A DNA stretch of 64,000 bases from Lama glama (lineage: Eukaryota): contig CM052817.1 of the NCBI GenBank assembly GCA_028534125.1, positions 49,416,001 through 49,480,000 on the forward strand, given 5' to 3'. The position numbers and the translations under genes are program-made. Of the stretch, positions 1-13,140 are shown piece by piece. The notes under the pieces are model-generated. The model had not been told where the DNA came from. It saw only the letters and a list, made by a program, of their open reading frames with translations, and searched no databases. The first letter of the stretch is position 1, and every line of letters starts with the position of its first letter.

Positions 1-3000
1 TAACTCCAGGGATTATCAGCGTAGAAAATTAACCTTTATCTGAGACACAGTTCATTTTCTTGACCCTGGAAGTTTGTGTGTCAGGAGACACAAAGTACTA
101 TTTATTCCAGGATCCAGCATCAGACTAAGACCTGAAATATTTAAAGGAAAAAAACAAACAAACAAAAAAAAACACTGGGCAGTTAAATATACAATGAATT
201 TTGTTTTCCAACACAAGGCACCAAAGTACACTATAGTTTTAATTTTATTTCACTTAATACAGTTTCAGTGGGGTTTGGCAATGGAGTAAGATTTCCTGGA
301 GCCTCCCCTTCTGTTGTGCTTTACGTTAGACCAGTCTTTCAGTTACTTTTTGTCATTCAAAACTGTCATTCCTCTATATGAAGTGTAGAGACTTGGATTT
401 CCCACCCCATACAAATTTACTGTCTTCCAAAAAGCATACAAGTGAAGTCTAAGGAGAGCATTTAAAATCTCTTGTCTTACTTCTATTATGGGTAAAACAA
501 ATATACTGGAATATCAAATATATACTCCATGCTTTATAAAGCCCTAACTAAAGTATAAGTCAATCTAACCGTAAGGACTTACCATATATTGGAAGCTACA
601 GTATGTAAATATGTGTGTGTGTGTGTGTATATAACTGTGTGTACATATTTATATGCAACTGTGAGTGTGCACATATACAATTTAAACTGAGAAACTCTTA
701 GCTTTGGACATCAATAACAAATATCACATAACTAGTCAGTTATTAAAGAAGTCTGATCTTGAGCTAATGATTTACAACCTTCTAAATCATTTATTCAAGG
801 CACTGAGACAATTACTGTATACCACGAACCCGGTAAACTCCTGGCCCTCATGGAGCTTCCAGTCTGATAATGTACAAAACACGTTACTTTTGAAAGTGGT
901 ACCTTGTTATCCATGTTTTAGGTATGTTAAACTTGTATAGCTGTTTGTCAGAGAGAACTTTGTAAGAGCTTAAGAAGTAAAATGTATACAAGGTGTTCAT
1001 AATAGAAAAGATGTGTATTTCCCCATATAGAAAAATGGCATTTAATTTTAGCTACCACCACCAACATTCCAACAATTCCAAATCCATTTTTTGGACAAAT
1101 AATCACCACAGGAATCAGAGGGAGCTGGCAATTTCTCCAGCTATAGGCTTCAGCTTCTAGGTATGGGTATTATAGGAGCATTTATAGAAGGTAATGTCTG
1201 CTTAGTACACAGCTAATGTACAAAGCCCAACAATCCAAGCATTTTATGACCAAAAGTCTTCTAACTATTCTGTGATTAATAGCAAACTTCTGCAACTTAA
1301 ACTCATTTCTTATCAAGATCTTACACCATTTACAGAATCTTTTAAGAAGGGACCAAAGGTTTGTTAACATGTCTAAGATCCTTACAGGGTTTATCTTTTT
1401 AATTTCCTAATGTTTCATATAAGGTAACTTATGATAATAAGTACTTAGCTTTCCACTTTTCTTCGTTCAACATGAGAAATCAAGTATTAATTTTAATTCT
1501 AATTATAATTCTGGCTGATTGACAGAGATGAAATAAGACACCCTAGGCCTCAGTTTCTTTATTTACAAAGTGGGTTATTCTAGAAATCTTCCCATTCCAA
1601 AATTAAATAAGTAATTTCAGTAGGTTTGTATTTGCTAGCTTTCCCAGTAAACTAGAGAAAATTAAGGTAAGTACTTGTATCATAAATTCTGAAATAAAGA
1701 AGTTGAACTATGGAAATTAAGTTTTTAAAAAAACTACACAAATGTGAGGCCTTTCAAAAGCTGGACAATTTAACCTAAGTATTGCTAATAGGGGGCATTT
1801 ACTACTTTCCAATAATAGTCACAAAGTTTAAGTATCTCAACTACATTTTCATCATTAAATCCATTTCTTAAACAAAATTTTTAAAACACTACCTACTTTT
1901 CTTCCTCCACATACTTTACTGTGTCTACTGTATCACTTTATTTACAACTTATGTTCATCTGAACGGACAATTAATTCTTGAGAAGTATTAAGTTTTACTC
2001 ATTTTCTATCTAGTTCATCTCACCCACAACCACCACCCCACTCTCAATACACACAGCTCACAGATTACACAGACACAAATGCTGACTGGATTAATTCTTA
2101 TTGATTAAAATCATCTATTTAATACTACTTTACTCCTAATTAAAAGCAGTTTCTTTTATTCACTAACCCCATGCAATTTTATGTTCACATTCCTTCTGGA
2201 TTTCTCAAAAGTGGGGGTGGGGGGGTTGGATTTTAGAATTAATTTAAGGAAAGAAAATTAAACTGCCATAATCTAATTATTGGGTTTAAGACTGGAGTAG
2301 TACCTTAAACATATTCCCACCCACTCCATTTCCCAAACTTGTCCCTATCCAGTTCTGATTCATGAAGTCTCTTCTTTCTCTTAAGAAAAATCACACAAGT
2401 CTAATATCATTTAACTCTACAGCCCATTTAACAAATCCCCACCCCAAATTAATCAGCCACACAAAAGGGTAGATCCGTGAAATACAGGAAAGCAGCTAGT
2501 CATATTTTTTATCAACCATAACCTTTTCAAAACCATCATAGTAATCTTAGGGTTGGAAAAAATCTTAACGCAGCATCCAATATAGACCACTCTACTACAG
2601 ACATGTATTGATTCAGGATCTACGTTAGTATTTCCAGGGGCTGGAAGGTCAGTATTTCAAAAGATATGGCATTCCATTCTGGCAACATCAGTTCTTCCCA
2701 TATTTCAATGTAACTATATCCCTCCAATTCTCCATAAATTACATCCATTTGTTCCTCGTTGTACCCTCTAGGAGCTATGCACAACGTGTTTCTAGCAGAA
2801 CAGTGGCCGGGTTTGTTTGTTTGTTTTTGCCTGGCCTGAGTCACACAATCACGTTTTCAAACATCATGTTTTCCAAAATAAGTATTTAGGGAACCAAACA
2901 GGCCATTCTTGCCAGTCTGCCTATTTGACAGGAATAGCCAAAAGTTAATTATAAACATTTCTCGAGATTAATAATCCACCTATATACCACTTCTTAAATA

Positions 3001-3441
3001 TGTTGCTTACTAGCTTTAAACTTGGCATTAAGGGTTTTCGAAATTTAGCTTAATAGAAAAGGCTGTTCTGAAAATACGCAGTACATCCGCATACTACTAC
3101 CAGGAACTAAATCCTAAGGGCCTTGCAACTCCGAACAGGCCTTCCTTCAGCCGCGCCCAGGACAGCTAACGTTAAGTGAAGAAGGGAATTACGATTAGAA
3201 AAGAAAAAAAAAACAAAAAACAAAAAACAAAAAACCAAGACTAGATGAAGTGTTAGGGCATGAAGATCGAGGACGAAAGGGTAGGCCTGTTCTTTTCCAA
3301 TGAATCCAAGGGTCTCAGCGGGGAGACCGGCTCCGCGCGGGGCAGACTAACCTCCCCAACCCCCAACCCCCAACGACAACCACGGCTCCATCTACCCACT
3401 CCCGAGCCCCGCCTGCGCCCGTCACCTTTCTCCGCACTAAC
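1..3441 (-). other. YTHDC1: YTHDC1 intron 1 (5' part; continues beyond the left edge of the window)
   Basis: Follows the GTTAGT donor. Exon 2 (DGELNVLDDILTEVPEQ...) was not found in the window. Confidence 0.85.
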
Positions 3442-4150
3442 CTTTCTCCTCTCGGCTGTCGGCCGCCATTGCTCCCCTCTTGTTTCCGCCGCCGCTTCGA
3501 CGCGACCCGCGAGGGCGCCGCAGCCGCGGCAGCAGAAGCACAGGCGCGTCCGTCAGTCCGTCCGCTGGGCTGCGCGCTTCGCACCTGAGTGTTTACCAGG
3601 CACCCTTCCTCCCTGCTTCTTCCCTTTCTCCCTTTTCCCCTTCCCTCCTTTCACTCCAGCCTCCCGCAGCCTAGGCCCAGCCTTCTCGTTGGGGCTTGGG
3701 GACGGGAGGGGGCAAAGGGGAGGGAAGGGAAACAGATGGCGACGGCGGGCGGCGCTAAAATGGAGCCTGCTTCCTGCGTGAAACAATCCCGCTCCCGAAA
3801 TGCCCTGCGCTGTTTACGCCTCGTTTCTCCCTGGGAACGTCACAGTGCGGAGAGGGGCGGGGAAGTGGGGCGGGCAAGGGAACGTAACGTGACGTAACGT
3901 CAGCACGTCGCCCCCCCCCCGCAGCCCGGAAGTCCCTTGAATGAGTTTTACTTCTAGTGATTAAGTCGGCCAAGTTACTTTGTGGGCAACTTGCTGCAAT
4001 GCGTACTACTAGGTGTCACAGTTTTCTCACCTGAAACGACTATTAATGGACCTTCCATCCTCCAGGCAAAGATGCTTCCTGTCGCTCCGCGGGACGCCTA
4101 ATTCAGTTCTGGAAATCGGAGTCTTATTTAAGACAAATCTGGGCCGGTCC
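3300..4150 (-). promoter_or_regulatory. YTHDC1: CpG island covering the YTHDC1 promoter and 5'UTR
   Basis: Dense CpG. GC boxes at ~3854-3874, ETS/GABP site CCGGAAGT at 3926-3933, CRE-like ACGT cluster at 3881-3909, YY1-like AGATGGCG at ~3734. No minus-strand ATG between ~3800 and the start codon. Confidence 0.9.
3442..3469 (-). CDS. YTHDC1: YTHDC1 (nuclear m6A reader) coding part of exon 1
   Basis: Minus strand reads GCAATGGCGGCCGACAGCCGAGAGGAGAAAG|GTTAGT = MAADSREEK plus 1 nt, matching the known YTHDC1 N-terminus (MAADSREEKDGELN...). Good Kozak context, canonical GT donor at 3441, inside a CpG island. Confidence 0.95.
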
Positions 4151-6769
4151 TTTTGCAGCCATCACTTTATACTCTGGGTACCAGATGTGAGTTCTTATTT
4201 GCTTCAGAGCAGGATGCAACCAGCTGACTTCACAAAAGCCTACTAGTATTGATTTTAATTGGGGAAAGGAATGATATTTTAATAATAGCTTTGTATAACA
4301 AGTTTGTTAAACATTTATCGAGGTCCTGGGACTAGAAATTAAAACTACAGAAGTGACCAAAAATTACATAATATGGTAAAATCTGCAAAGAAAACTTGCA
4401 TGAAGTAAACTGTCCAAAGGAATGAAAATGTAATTTTGCTTCACTGCTTCATAACTGAGTTTACAAGGGAAACAAAATTTGAAGGAAAAAAAAAAAGAGG
4501 TAACACTGTTATATAAAAACAAGCTAATGGCAAATTTAGAGAAAGACAGTCTACAGAGTCTTGGTCCTTGATAGCCCTTTTAACATATTGAGACCAAACT
4601 GAAGGCAACTGGAAGATTTTAAGCAGTGGGAAAACACGAATAGAGATTTGTTTGGAGCCATCTGGAGGGCTTGAAGGGAGAAAAGAGAAGGAAATCAATT
4701 CAGTAAATATAAAACCAAGCTATGTATCAGAGGCTTAGGAATCAAGATTAAATAGGACAGTATTTCTGCCTTTAAGGAATTTTAAATATATAGTATAGGG
4801 AGGAGAAAAGTAAACAGGATATTACTGTGTAAAAACAATACCTAAAAATTTGTGTGTTCTTGCTGTGTGGTGGGTACCGTTCTGAGCACTTGACCTACAC
4901 GATGTGATTTCATCTTTCAAAAACGCAATTAGATTAATATATTATTAGCTCTATTTTACATGAAAGGAAAGTGAAGGATTATGAAATTGAAGTGCCCAAA
5001 GTTAGGAGTAGTAGTAACATGGCTGAAGTCCAGGTAATTTGGATCCAGCCATCACCCACTTCCTAATACTGCTTTATGTAGTAAGCTCAGAATGTTACTG
5101 GAACCCTTGGGGGCAGGCCACTCAGACTGGTGGGGGGTACAGAATAGAGTAAACGGAAGCTTTCTGGAGAAGGGGAAATAAAGCCTAGTTGAGATTTAAT
5201 AGCCTCTCAGCCTCAGTAAGAGGAAAAAGGGCAAGGGTGGTGGGCAGAAGAATGGTTTTCATGTGAAAAAAAAAAATCCTAGGTGACAAAGCTGCCCATG
5301 GTTCAATTCAGGTTGATATTCAATGGTTATGTAAGAAGAAGCTGAGGATTATGTTCTAGTGAGAGAGACAAAGCATAAGGAAACAAAAGTCATGATGAAT
5401 TCTGTGAAAGAAACAAGAGGCTAATGTGGCAAGGTGGTGATGGGTGGAGGCTTTTTATATTAAAAAAACTAGTAAAGTCCTCTCTGAGGAGGGGATACAT
5501 CAGGTGGACTGATACCCAGTAAGAGGAGATAAGAGTCTTCCAGGCAAAGAACAGCCCATACAGAGGCTCTGAGGGAGAAAGAGGCCTTGGTATGGTCAAG
5601 GATCTAATGAGAACACCAATGAGCCACCCAGATAATGAGTGAGAAAGCAAGTGACTGAGATAATTTGAAGGAAAGGCCACATCGTACAAGTAAGGGCCTA
5701 ATCAAGACCCAGGCTAAGACAAAAACAGCACATGATCTGCAGAGGGACAGAATTTCAAGGTTGAATCCACTGGAGGGTTGGAATGGATCCACAGATCCAC
5801 AGCTAAAAATATAAAAACAAGCCAATACAAGTTCAAGGTGACCAGCACTTCTCAGAGGATGACAACAATATCTAGAGTCTCTGAAACATTTTTCACAACA
5901 TTTAATATTAAATCAGGCCAGGGCCAGATCATACAGCACAAATTGCAAACTGGTGTCTGCTGACCTAAGACTTTCCTGGAACCAGCAGTGTTTGTGTGCT
6001 TTTACTGAAGCTTAATGCCTTTAATCAGGGCATGCACTTTCCAGCAAGACCTTTCCTGCATCATCCCTCTCAATTGCCTTACCTTTGACCAATATTACTG
6101 ACTGAAGTATATGTCTATTGAGCATGTGGATTGAAAAAAAAAAAGGTAGATTCTGTTGCCCCAGAAAGTTTATGCAGAGTGAGGAATTAAGAAGACTCAG
6201 TCCAGAGTCTTAGAGAATATCAGTAAAGGGAATATGCAATATGAATCTGGAACATTTTGTCATATTAAAAAGTAGTAATCAAAGAATGCTAGGGTCCTAT
6301 CAAGATATGAAACATTTTGAAAATCTGTAAAGATAAAATTGCATTGAATTGAAACATATGCAATATGTTTAAATCCATGAATTTATAATAGTTCAAAAAA
6401 TCCATCAGTCCCTCTTGAATGACGCTAGGGAACCAGTTCATTATTTTGAAAACTGGTAAAGAGAAATCATCATTTATCCTGTCCTTCCAATTAGAATTCT
6501 ATCTCAGTATTACCAAGCAAGTAGTTGATGAAGGGAAGTTTCTCTAGGGAAGTATTCCAGCTAATATGTTGCCAGGGCAAAGTAATGATAGAAGTAGGAC
6601 ACCATCATTTTATAACCATTAATGAAATAAACAAACCAAGACAATGGTTATTAATGGCTGCTAATTTATATAACAGTCAGATGTTATGTGCCTCCAGAGG
6701 GAAGTGCATAATGCTATCTATGAAGTAACATTGCCAAGACCATGAAACCTGGATCTCATCAAGACTTGT

Positions 6770-6985
6770 CAGTAGTTCTCAACCAAAGGTGACTCTGCCC
6801 CCAGGGAAAGTTTGGAGAAATTTGTAGCTACTGCAACAAATTGTGCTACTAGAATGTAGTGGGTGGAGGCCAAGGATGGTGTTAAACATCCTATAGGGCA
6901 CAGAAGAGCACCCCTCCTCCCCTAAACATAACAAGTAACTATCTGACCCAAATGCCAATAGTGCTTAGGCTGAGAAATTGTGCTT
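6770..6985. mobile_element. MER20-like hAT-Charlie DNA transposon remnant
   Basis: CAGTAGTTCTCAACC...GGGTGGAGGCCAAGGATG...CTGAGAAATTG resembles the recalled MER20 consensus. Confidence 0.7.
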
Positions 6986-7203
6986 TAGAGCACAGGCAAA
7001 ACACAGATGACTGTGTTAAGCAATCCCACACAAATATCATTAGCAAAATCCAGACAGTAGAAAACTCTACAGGACAAACAAGCAGGTGTCTTCAAAAATA
7101 AACTGCAGTGAAGGATGAAAGAAAAACAGAGGAGTAAGTAATCTATATGTTAAAATAAAATTGTAAGAAATATAAAAAATATAAACCAATTGCAGGATGT
7201 GGA

Positions 7204-7656
7204 TGTTATGGGTTGAACTGTTCCTCAAAATAATATGTTGAAGACCTAACCTGCAGTACCTCAGAATGCAACCTAATTTAGTTTTAGGCTTGTTTCATAT
7301 GTAACTTATTAAGATAAGGTTAGAGTGGAATAGTGTGGGTCCTTAATCCAATATGACTAGTGTCCGTATAAGAGAGAAGAGACACAGAAACAGAACACAA
7401 GGGATATTTGGCCACGTGACAAATGGAAGGAGAGGTTGTAATGATGCAGCCAAGGGACTCAAGGATTACTGGCAAAACCCAGAAGCTCAGAGAGGCAAAT
7501 AAAGATTCTCTCCAATGGGCTTCAGAAGGAATGTGGCTCTATTGACACTTTGATTTTAGACTTCTATCCTCCGGAACTGTGAGACAATAAGTTTCTGTTG
7601 TTTTAAGCCACCCAGTTTCTGGTACCTTGTCACAGCAGTCCTATGAAACTAATATT
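7204..7656 (+). mobile_element. MLT1-type (ERVL-MaLR) solo LTR inside an old L1M fragment
   Basis: Starts TGTTATGGGTTGAACTG and ends ...CAGCAGTCCTATGAAACTAATA. 5-bp TSD GTGGA at 7199-7203 and 7657-7661. Confidence 0.85.
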
Positions 7657-9188
7657 GTGGACCTTATTTAAATGCTGACTTGAATACATGAAAACACATC
7701 TCACACACACACACACATCAGCAAACTTACAATAGTGAGTGAATGATGATTTTGAAGGAATTGCTGTTAATAATTTTAGTCTAATAAGTTATGTTTAAAA
7801 AAGAATTTTTATAATTTCATGATACATGCTAAAATATTTGCAGACGAAATGATAATGGTATCTGGGACTTGTTTCCAAATAAACTGACAGGACAGGGAGA
7901 TTTGGGTGGCATTATATATGAAATAAGTCCACTCATGAGCTGAAGATGGGTGATGCATTTGTGGAAAAATGTACTCTCCTCTCTACATTTTTTTTTAATA
8001 TTTGAGATTTTCTTTAATAATTTTAAAGAAAAGCAGAGCAAGAAAAACCAGCCAAGAAAATGAAGGTGATATCAGAATGCCACTTTCCCTAATCCATATT
8101 TATCCTATCAGAACTAAAAAGTAACTAAAAATAATCTTTAATATAATTAGAATTCTATATTTAAGTATTTGCTTTTAAAATAAAGTTATGTGAAAACAAG
8201 AGCACAGCTGTTTTAAAAATGCAGTTTTCGTTTTAGGCATGTTAATAGAAAGGAAAAGTTATGGAGTTAAAAAGAATTGATCTCTGGATTTGTTGAACAT
8301 CAATCTATTCAAGTAAACTATTGTGTAATTATTAAAAGCACAGGCTTTGCAGTCATAATGAGCTGGTACAAATTCTGGCTCTGCCGTTCACTAGCATGAG
8401 GTCTTAGAGAAATTAACTTCTAATCTTTCGTGTCTTTATGAATGAAAACTTAGAAATCATTTTCAAAGAGTTACTGTAATGTTTAAAAAGGTTAGAAAAA
8501 GGCAGTTAAATGTTCAATAAGCTGGAGCTTCTGTTATTTTTATTATTTCTGTAGTTGAGGGAGGATGGATTGTTTTATTGATTGTTGGTAAACGTGAGCA
8601 GAAAATATAGCACCAAGTGCTCTCCGTGGGTTTTTGCCTTAGCTATGGATGTGTACGATTTCTTGAATGAAGATGGGTAAACTAAAAACATAGACCCAAA
8701 AACTCTCTTTAGACCTCAGGGGTCATCAAAATGTTATTTTAAAAATGTAATACAGCTTATACAGAGGAAAGTTCCTTTTCGATGGTAATGAATTGTGAAT
8801 TGAATTGAATTTAGTTAGCAATAAAAAGTGCACCGAGCTATGCATGTGGAGAGAAGAACATAAAAGGACTGATTACCAGATTTCAGTTACTATTGAGTTG
8901 ATATCAGAACAGAGATACTAGAGATAAGCAAAGCTAGGGAAAGAGCAGTGGTAGGGAACTTTGGAGATCTAGCCCCTCTGAGGGAGATCTCAGTTGTACT
9001 TCATAATCCTCCAGCAATCCAGGTGAGACAGCTGAAAGGCCACACTACATATAGATAGGGACTTTAGCCTAAAGTCTGATCATGATCTACTCAAACAGAG
9101 ACCAAAACCAAGGCCCAGCAAGATCCACAGGGGAAAAAAATGTGGAAGTTTTGGAGTCTTGCATATTAGAGAGGATTAAGAAAATTGG

Positions 9189-9325
9189 GGGGGGGGTATA
9201 TCTGGGGGTGAGGGTATAACTGTGGGTGGGGGTGTAGCTCAGTGGTAAAGTGCATGCTTAGCATACGTGAGGTCCTGTGTTCAATCCCCAGTACCTCCAT
9301 TAAAAACAACAACAACAATAACAAA
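9189..9325 (+). mobile_element. Vic-1-type tRNA-derived SINE with triplicated head
   Basis: A box (GTAGCTCAGTGG), B box (GTTCAATCCC), A-rich tail. TSD AAAATTGG at 9181-9188 and 9326-9333. Confidence 0.9.
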
Positions 9326-9569
9326 AAAATTGGACTTTCCATATATCTACTCCTATAAAATGTAAACATCCAGTGTATACAAGTTCAAAGTGATCAGCCT
9401 TCATATGACTGAAGCCCTAATCTGATTGCAACTTCCTAAGCCAGAACTGCCCAGCTGAGTGATTCTGAAATTTCTGAACCAAAGAAATGGCGAGACATAA
9501 TAAAAGTTGTTTTTAAGCCACTAAATTTGGGGGCTGTGTTGTTACCCAGCACTAAATAAGTAATACACA

Positions 9570-10660
9570 ATGCCATATGTAAAAATTAATTATATTTCTA
9601 AATATAGCAACAAACGATCAGAAAATGAAATTTTAAAATGTTTACAATAGCATTAAAAACATAAAACACTTACGAATACTGAAAACTATAAAACAGTGTT
9701 GAGGGAAATTAAAGAAGACCTAAATAAATGAAGAGATACTCATTATGCATTGAAAGACTCAATACTGATTGATGTCATTTCTCCCTAAATTGAGCTATAG
9801 ATTCAAAGCAATCCTATTCAAAATCTCAGTGGGTTTTCCTATAGAAGTTGACAGGGTGAATTTAAGTCTGTACGGAATGAAAAGGACCTAGAATAGTCAA
9901 AACAATTTTGGAAAACAAGAAAAATTTTGGAGGTCTAGCACTACCTAATTTCAAGACTTATTATGGCAGGGGAAGGCATAGCTCAGTGGTAGAGTGCATG
10001 CCTAACATGCACAAGGTCCTGGGTTCAATCTGCAGTACCTCCACTTAGAAAGTGCAATTTTTTTCCCTTGCAAAAAAAATTAATTAGAAAAATAATAAAA
10101 TGAATAAATTAAACTTTATGAAAAATATATCATAAAGCTATAGTAATCAAGAATAGTGTGGTACTTTTTAAAGTAAGACAACTATATGAATAAGACACAA
10201 TCATACCTAGGCATGCAGTACAGCATTAAATGTATAGGTAATTTGTGTTATATTCATATACAGTTATATAATACAACATCAAAAATAAGAGCTACATGTA
10301 TAAACATGGTTAGATTTCAAAAACATAATGTTAAGTAAGACAGGAGCTCTCAGAGTGCCATGATACTATTATTTAAATGTTAAAAAAAAAACCTATGTAT
10401 TCTTTTATAGATGCAGAAATAATGTATGGAAAATATAAAATTGTATTATAGGCCAGAAGTAATCTTCCAAACAGTGTTGATTTCTGGGAAGGGAGGAAGG
10501 AATAGAACTGAGAAGGGGTACAAGGACTAAACTTTCATCAGATATGCTTTGTTTATTTAAGACAAGAAAGACCTGAAAGACATGGCAAAGCAATGACATT
10601 AGTGAGTACATGAGGATTACCTTATTCTCTTCAACATCTTTGAAACATTTCATTTTTTAA
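9570..10660 (+). mobile_element. Old L1M ORF2/3'UTR fragments, interrupted by a SINE
   Basis: GAAATTAAAGAAGACCTAAATAAATG, TATAGATTCAAAGCAATCC and CTACCTAATTTCAAGACTTA are L1 ORF2 motifs. Confidence 0.8.
9969..10120 (+). mobile_element. Vic-1-type SINE
   Basis: GGGGAAGGCATAGCTCAGTGGTAGAGTGCATGCCTAACATGCACAAGGTCCTGGGTTCAATC. Confidence 0.9.
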
Positions 10661-11139
10661 AATTATTCATGAATTTTAGGCAAATTTCTAGTGCTCATCA
10701 TTGCATCAGGCAATTGTGTTTAAAATAGTTGGTCACAGTAGAAAAGAAACTGACCCTCCTATAGTCTTTGTCTCCGGGCTTTCTCCACTAGGGGGCCTTG
10801 TTTCTGCTCATTCTGAAGAGCTTGATGCAGATTTAAGAAAATTTCCTATTCCTAAGCCAAGTGTGTGTAGGTGAGAGGACAGCCTGGGACCGGACTCTGT
10901 ATACTTTATTGAAATACTTATCTGGGCCTACAGATGCATAAAACTTAGCTTGCCTGCACATTCCAGCCTCTCTTCTTGTTTCTGCCTGGGTGCCTCCATA
11001 AACTAATGTGTAAGAATGTGGCAGGACCTGATTTGCTGTTCCTGACTGTATCCTTCTCCGTCTTCACCCATGCCTAGTAAGGATTAGGTGTTTTTATAAA
11101 ATAACACATTAATAGGTTTAGCATAATAGAATACAGTAT

Positions 11140-11440
11140 TAGGAGAGCTACAAACTTTCAGTTATACTATGATTAAGTTCTAGGATCTAATGAAAGCACA
11201 GTGACTATAGTTAATAGTGTTGTACTGTTTACGTGCTTGAGATTTGCTTAGAGGGCAGATTGTAAGTGTTCTCACCACACACACACACAAATGGTAACTA
11301 TAACTATGTGAAGTGACAGATGTGTATATTACCTTGATTGTGGTAATCATGTCACAATTTACACATGTAATGTACACCTTAAATATGTACAATGTTTATT
11401 TGTCAATCAGAACTGGGGGAAAAATAAAGTTAAAAAAGAG
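11140..11440 (+). mobile_element. L1MA-type 3' end fragment
   Basis: TACAAACTTTCAGTTATA...GTGACTATAGTTAATAG...TGTTCTCACCAC...GTACACCTTAAAT followed by an A-rich tail. Confidence 0.8.
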
Positions 11441-11690
11441 GAGAGGAATTGTTCATACTGTAGCTGCTCCACTTTGGAAAACATCTGTGAAGGACATAGG
11501 CCTTTCAAGGGTCTCTCTGGGCTAACCAAGAAAAAGAGGCCACAGGACTTGAAATCCTGAGGAGAACAGAGGACTAAAATAGAAGGTCTGCAGAAAGCCC
11601 TAGAGAAGGGAACTTCCTGAAGTCACTTGAAATAGATTTAAAAAGACTTAAAGATACCTTGATGGGAATCACTAAAAAATATTTAAATTT

Positions 11691-11799
11691 GGAGGAAGAT
11701 ATAGCTCAGGGTAGAGCACATGCTTAGCATGCACGAGGTCCTGGATTCAATCCCCAGAACTCCCATTAAAAAAAAAAAGGTATAAAAATATGTATTTGA
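11691..11799 (+). mobile_element. Vic-1-type SINE
   Basis: SINE core plus a perfect 17-bp TSD AAAAAATATTTAAATTT at 11674-11690 and 11800-11816. Confidence 0.92.
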
Positions 11800-13140
11800 A
11801 AAAAATATTTAAATTTGTATTCTGCACCACCTTCTGGCATCTGACTCAGTTCACATTTGGCTCCTAGTAAGACTGGGTCCTTTTTGGTATCAGATTTGCC
11901 TGAAGCTCTTCCAGAACTTCCCAAACATAAGGAAAAGTTACATTAAATATGCCACAGTAAACGTTGCTGAACTCTTCAGTGTAACACAGCAGAGGCCTTG
12001 ATGTAGTACTGAACTCCTGCCTGAACAATTCAGTATATTATGTACTCTTAAAATAACTAACCTTGACTAGCGTGTTTACTTAGAACTTCCTTTCCACATA
12101 TACTATCTCATTTAAACTTCACAACCAACTTGTGAGTTAGATTCAACAAACGTTATGACAGCAGTTATATTTTCAATAGAAAAAAATCAATAAAAATCTA
12201 AATATCTAGATATTGCACGGTATTTTAAAATTTGGAAGTGTAATAATCTTTTGATTTGAAACCAGATACCTGAACATTTTCTTCTGCACTAAGATGTCAA
12301 CGTCAAGTTTTCATTTAGCTTTTACATGTACCACAGAAGGTAGCCTTGCATGCATTCTTTAATAGGAATTCTATTGGTTTAAGTCTTTTAATAGGAAACA
12401 GATTTTCAAAATATAAGTACTTCCAAAAAAAGAAAAGAATTCTGCTCAGCTTAAAAAATAATTATCTACTCCTGGGATAGTTAGAGAATTCTGGAATTTC
12501 GTAGTTGCTCTGCTTACTTTTTAACAACATTGATAGATGACATTTACTGAGCACTGCCAAGTCTGCTCTGAATGCTGCCTGTGTTTTACTTCACTTAATC
12601 CATCTAATAACCCCATGAGACATTACTGTCATCTTTATTTTACTGAAGAGGTAAGTTTCTTTTGAGTAAATGCTTAGTCTTTCAGGGTTTTTCTTTCCTC
12701 TTCTTCTCTTTTCTTGGTAGCATCTTGGTACAGCGGTGTGCTGGGTCTCTCTGGCTGCCCTGACCCATTTTCCTTACACTCTACCCTGCTCTGTACTTTA
12801 AAAAGCTGACCTATGGAGACTGCTCAGTTGGTTCCTTTCCTTGGTTTTGGCTGAGTGCAGACAAGGGAAGGCACACACAAAAGATCTGAGAGTAGGAAGA
12901 CAGTAAGAGTTGAATTACTTATTTTCATGACTTCCTCCATGCAGGGTTACCAGAGGTTGGCTCTGTACTTCTATTCATAGCAGTCAACAGTACCTATACA
13001 GCTATCCTATGTTGGTTCTAGTAACTTCAACTTTAATTTGTTCGTTCTGCCTTAGGGTATTACTCTGGACTGAACTGTGTCTCCCCAAAACTCGTATGTT
13101 GAAGCCCTAACTCCCAATGTCTAACTGTATTGGAGACAAG

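Noticed and set aside
3101..3165. Possible 65-nt cryptic exon in YTHDC1 intron 1 after a long U tract
   Set aside because: The acceptor is plausible but the donor CTG|GTAGTA is weak; no other support.
3260..3973. Overlapping 64-173 aa ORFs at the CpG island
   Set aside because: Stop-poor GC-rich promoter/5'UTR sequence; the real coding part is only 3442-3469.
9230..9300. tRNA-like sequences (here and at seven other sites)
   Set aside because: They carry A-rich tails, TSDs and decayed stems: SINEs, not tRNA genes.
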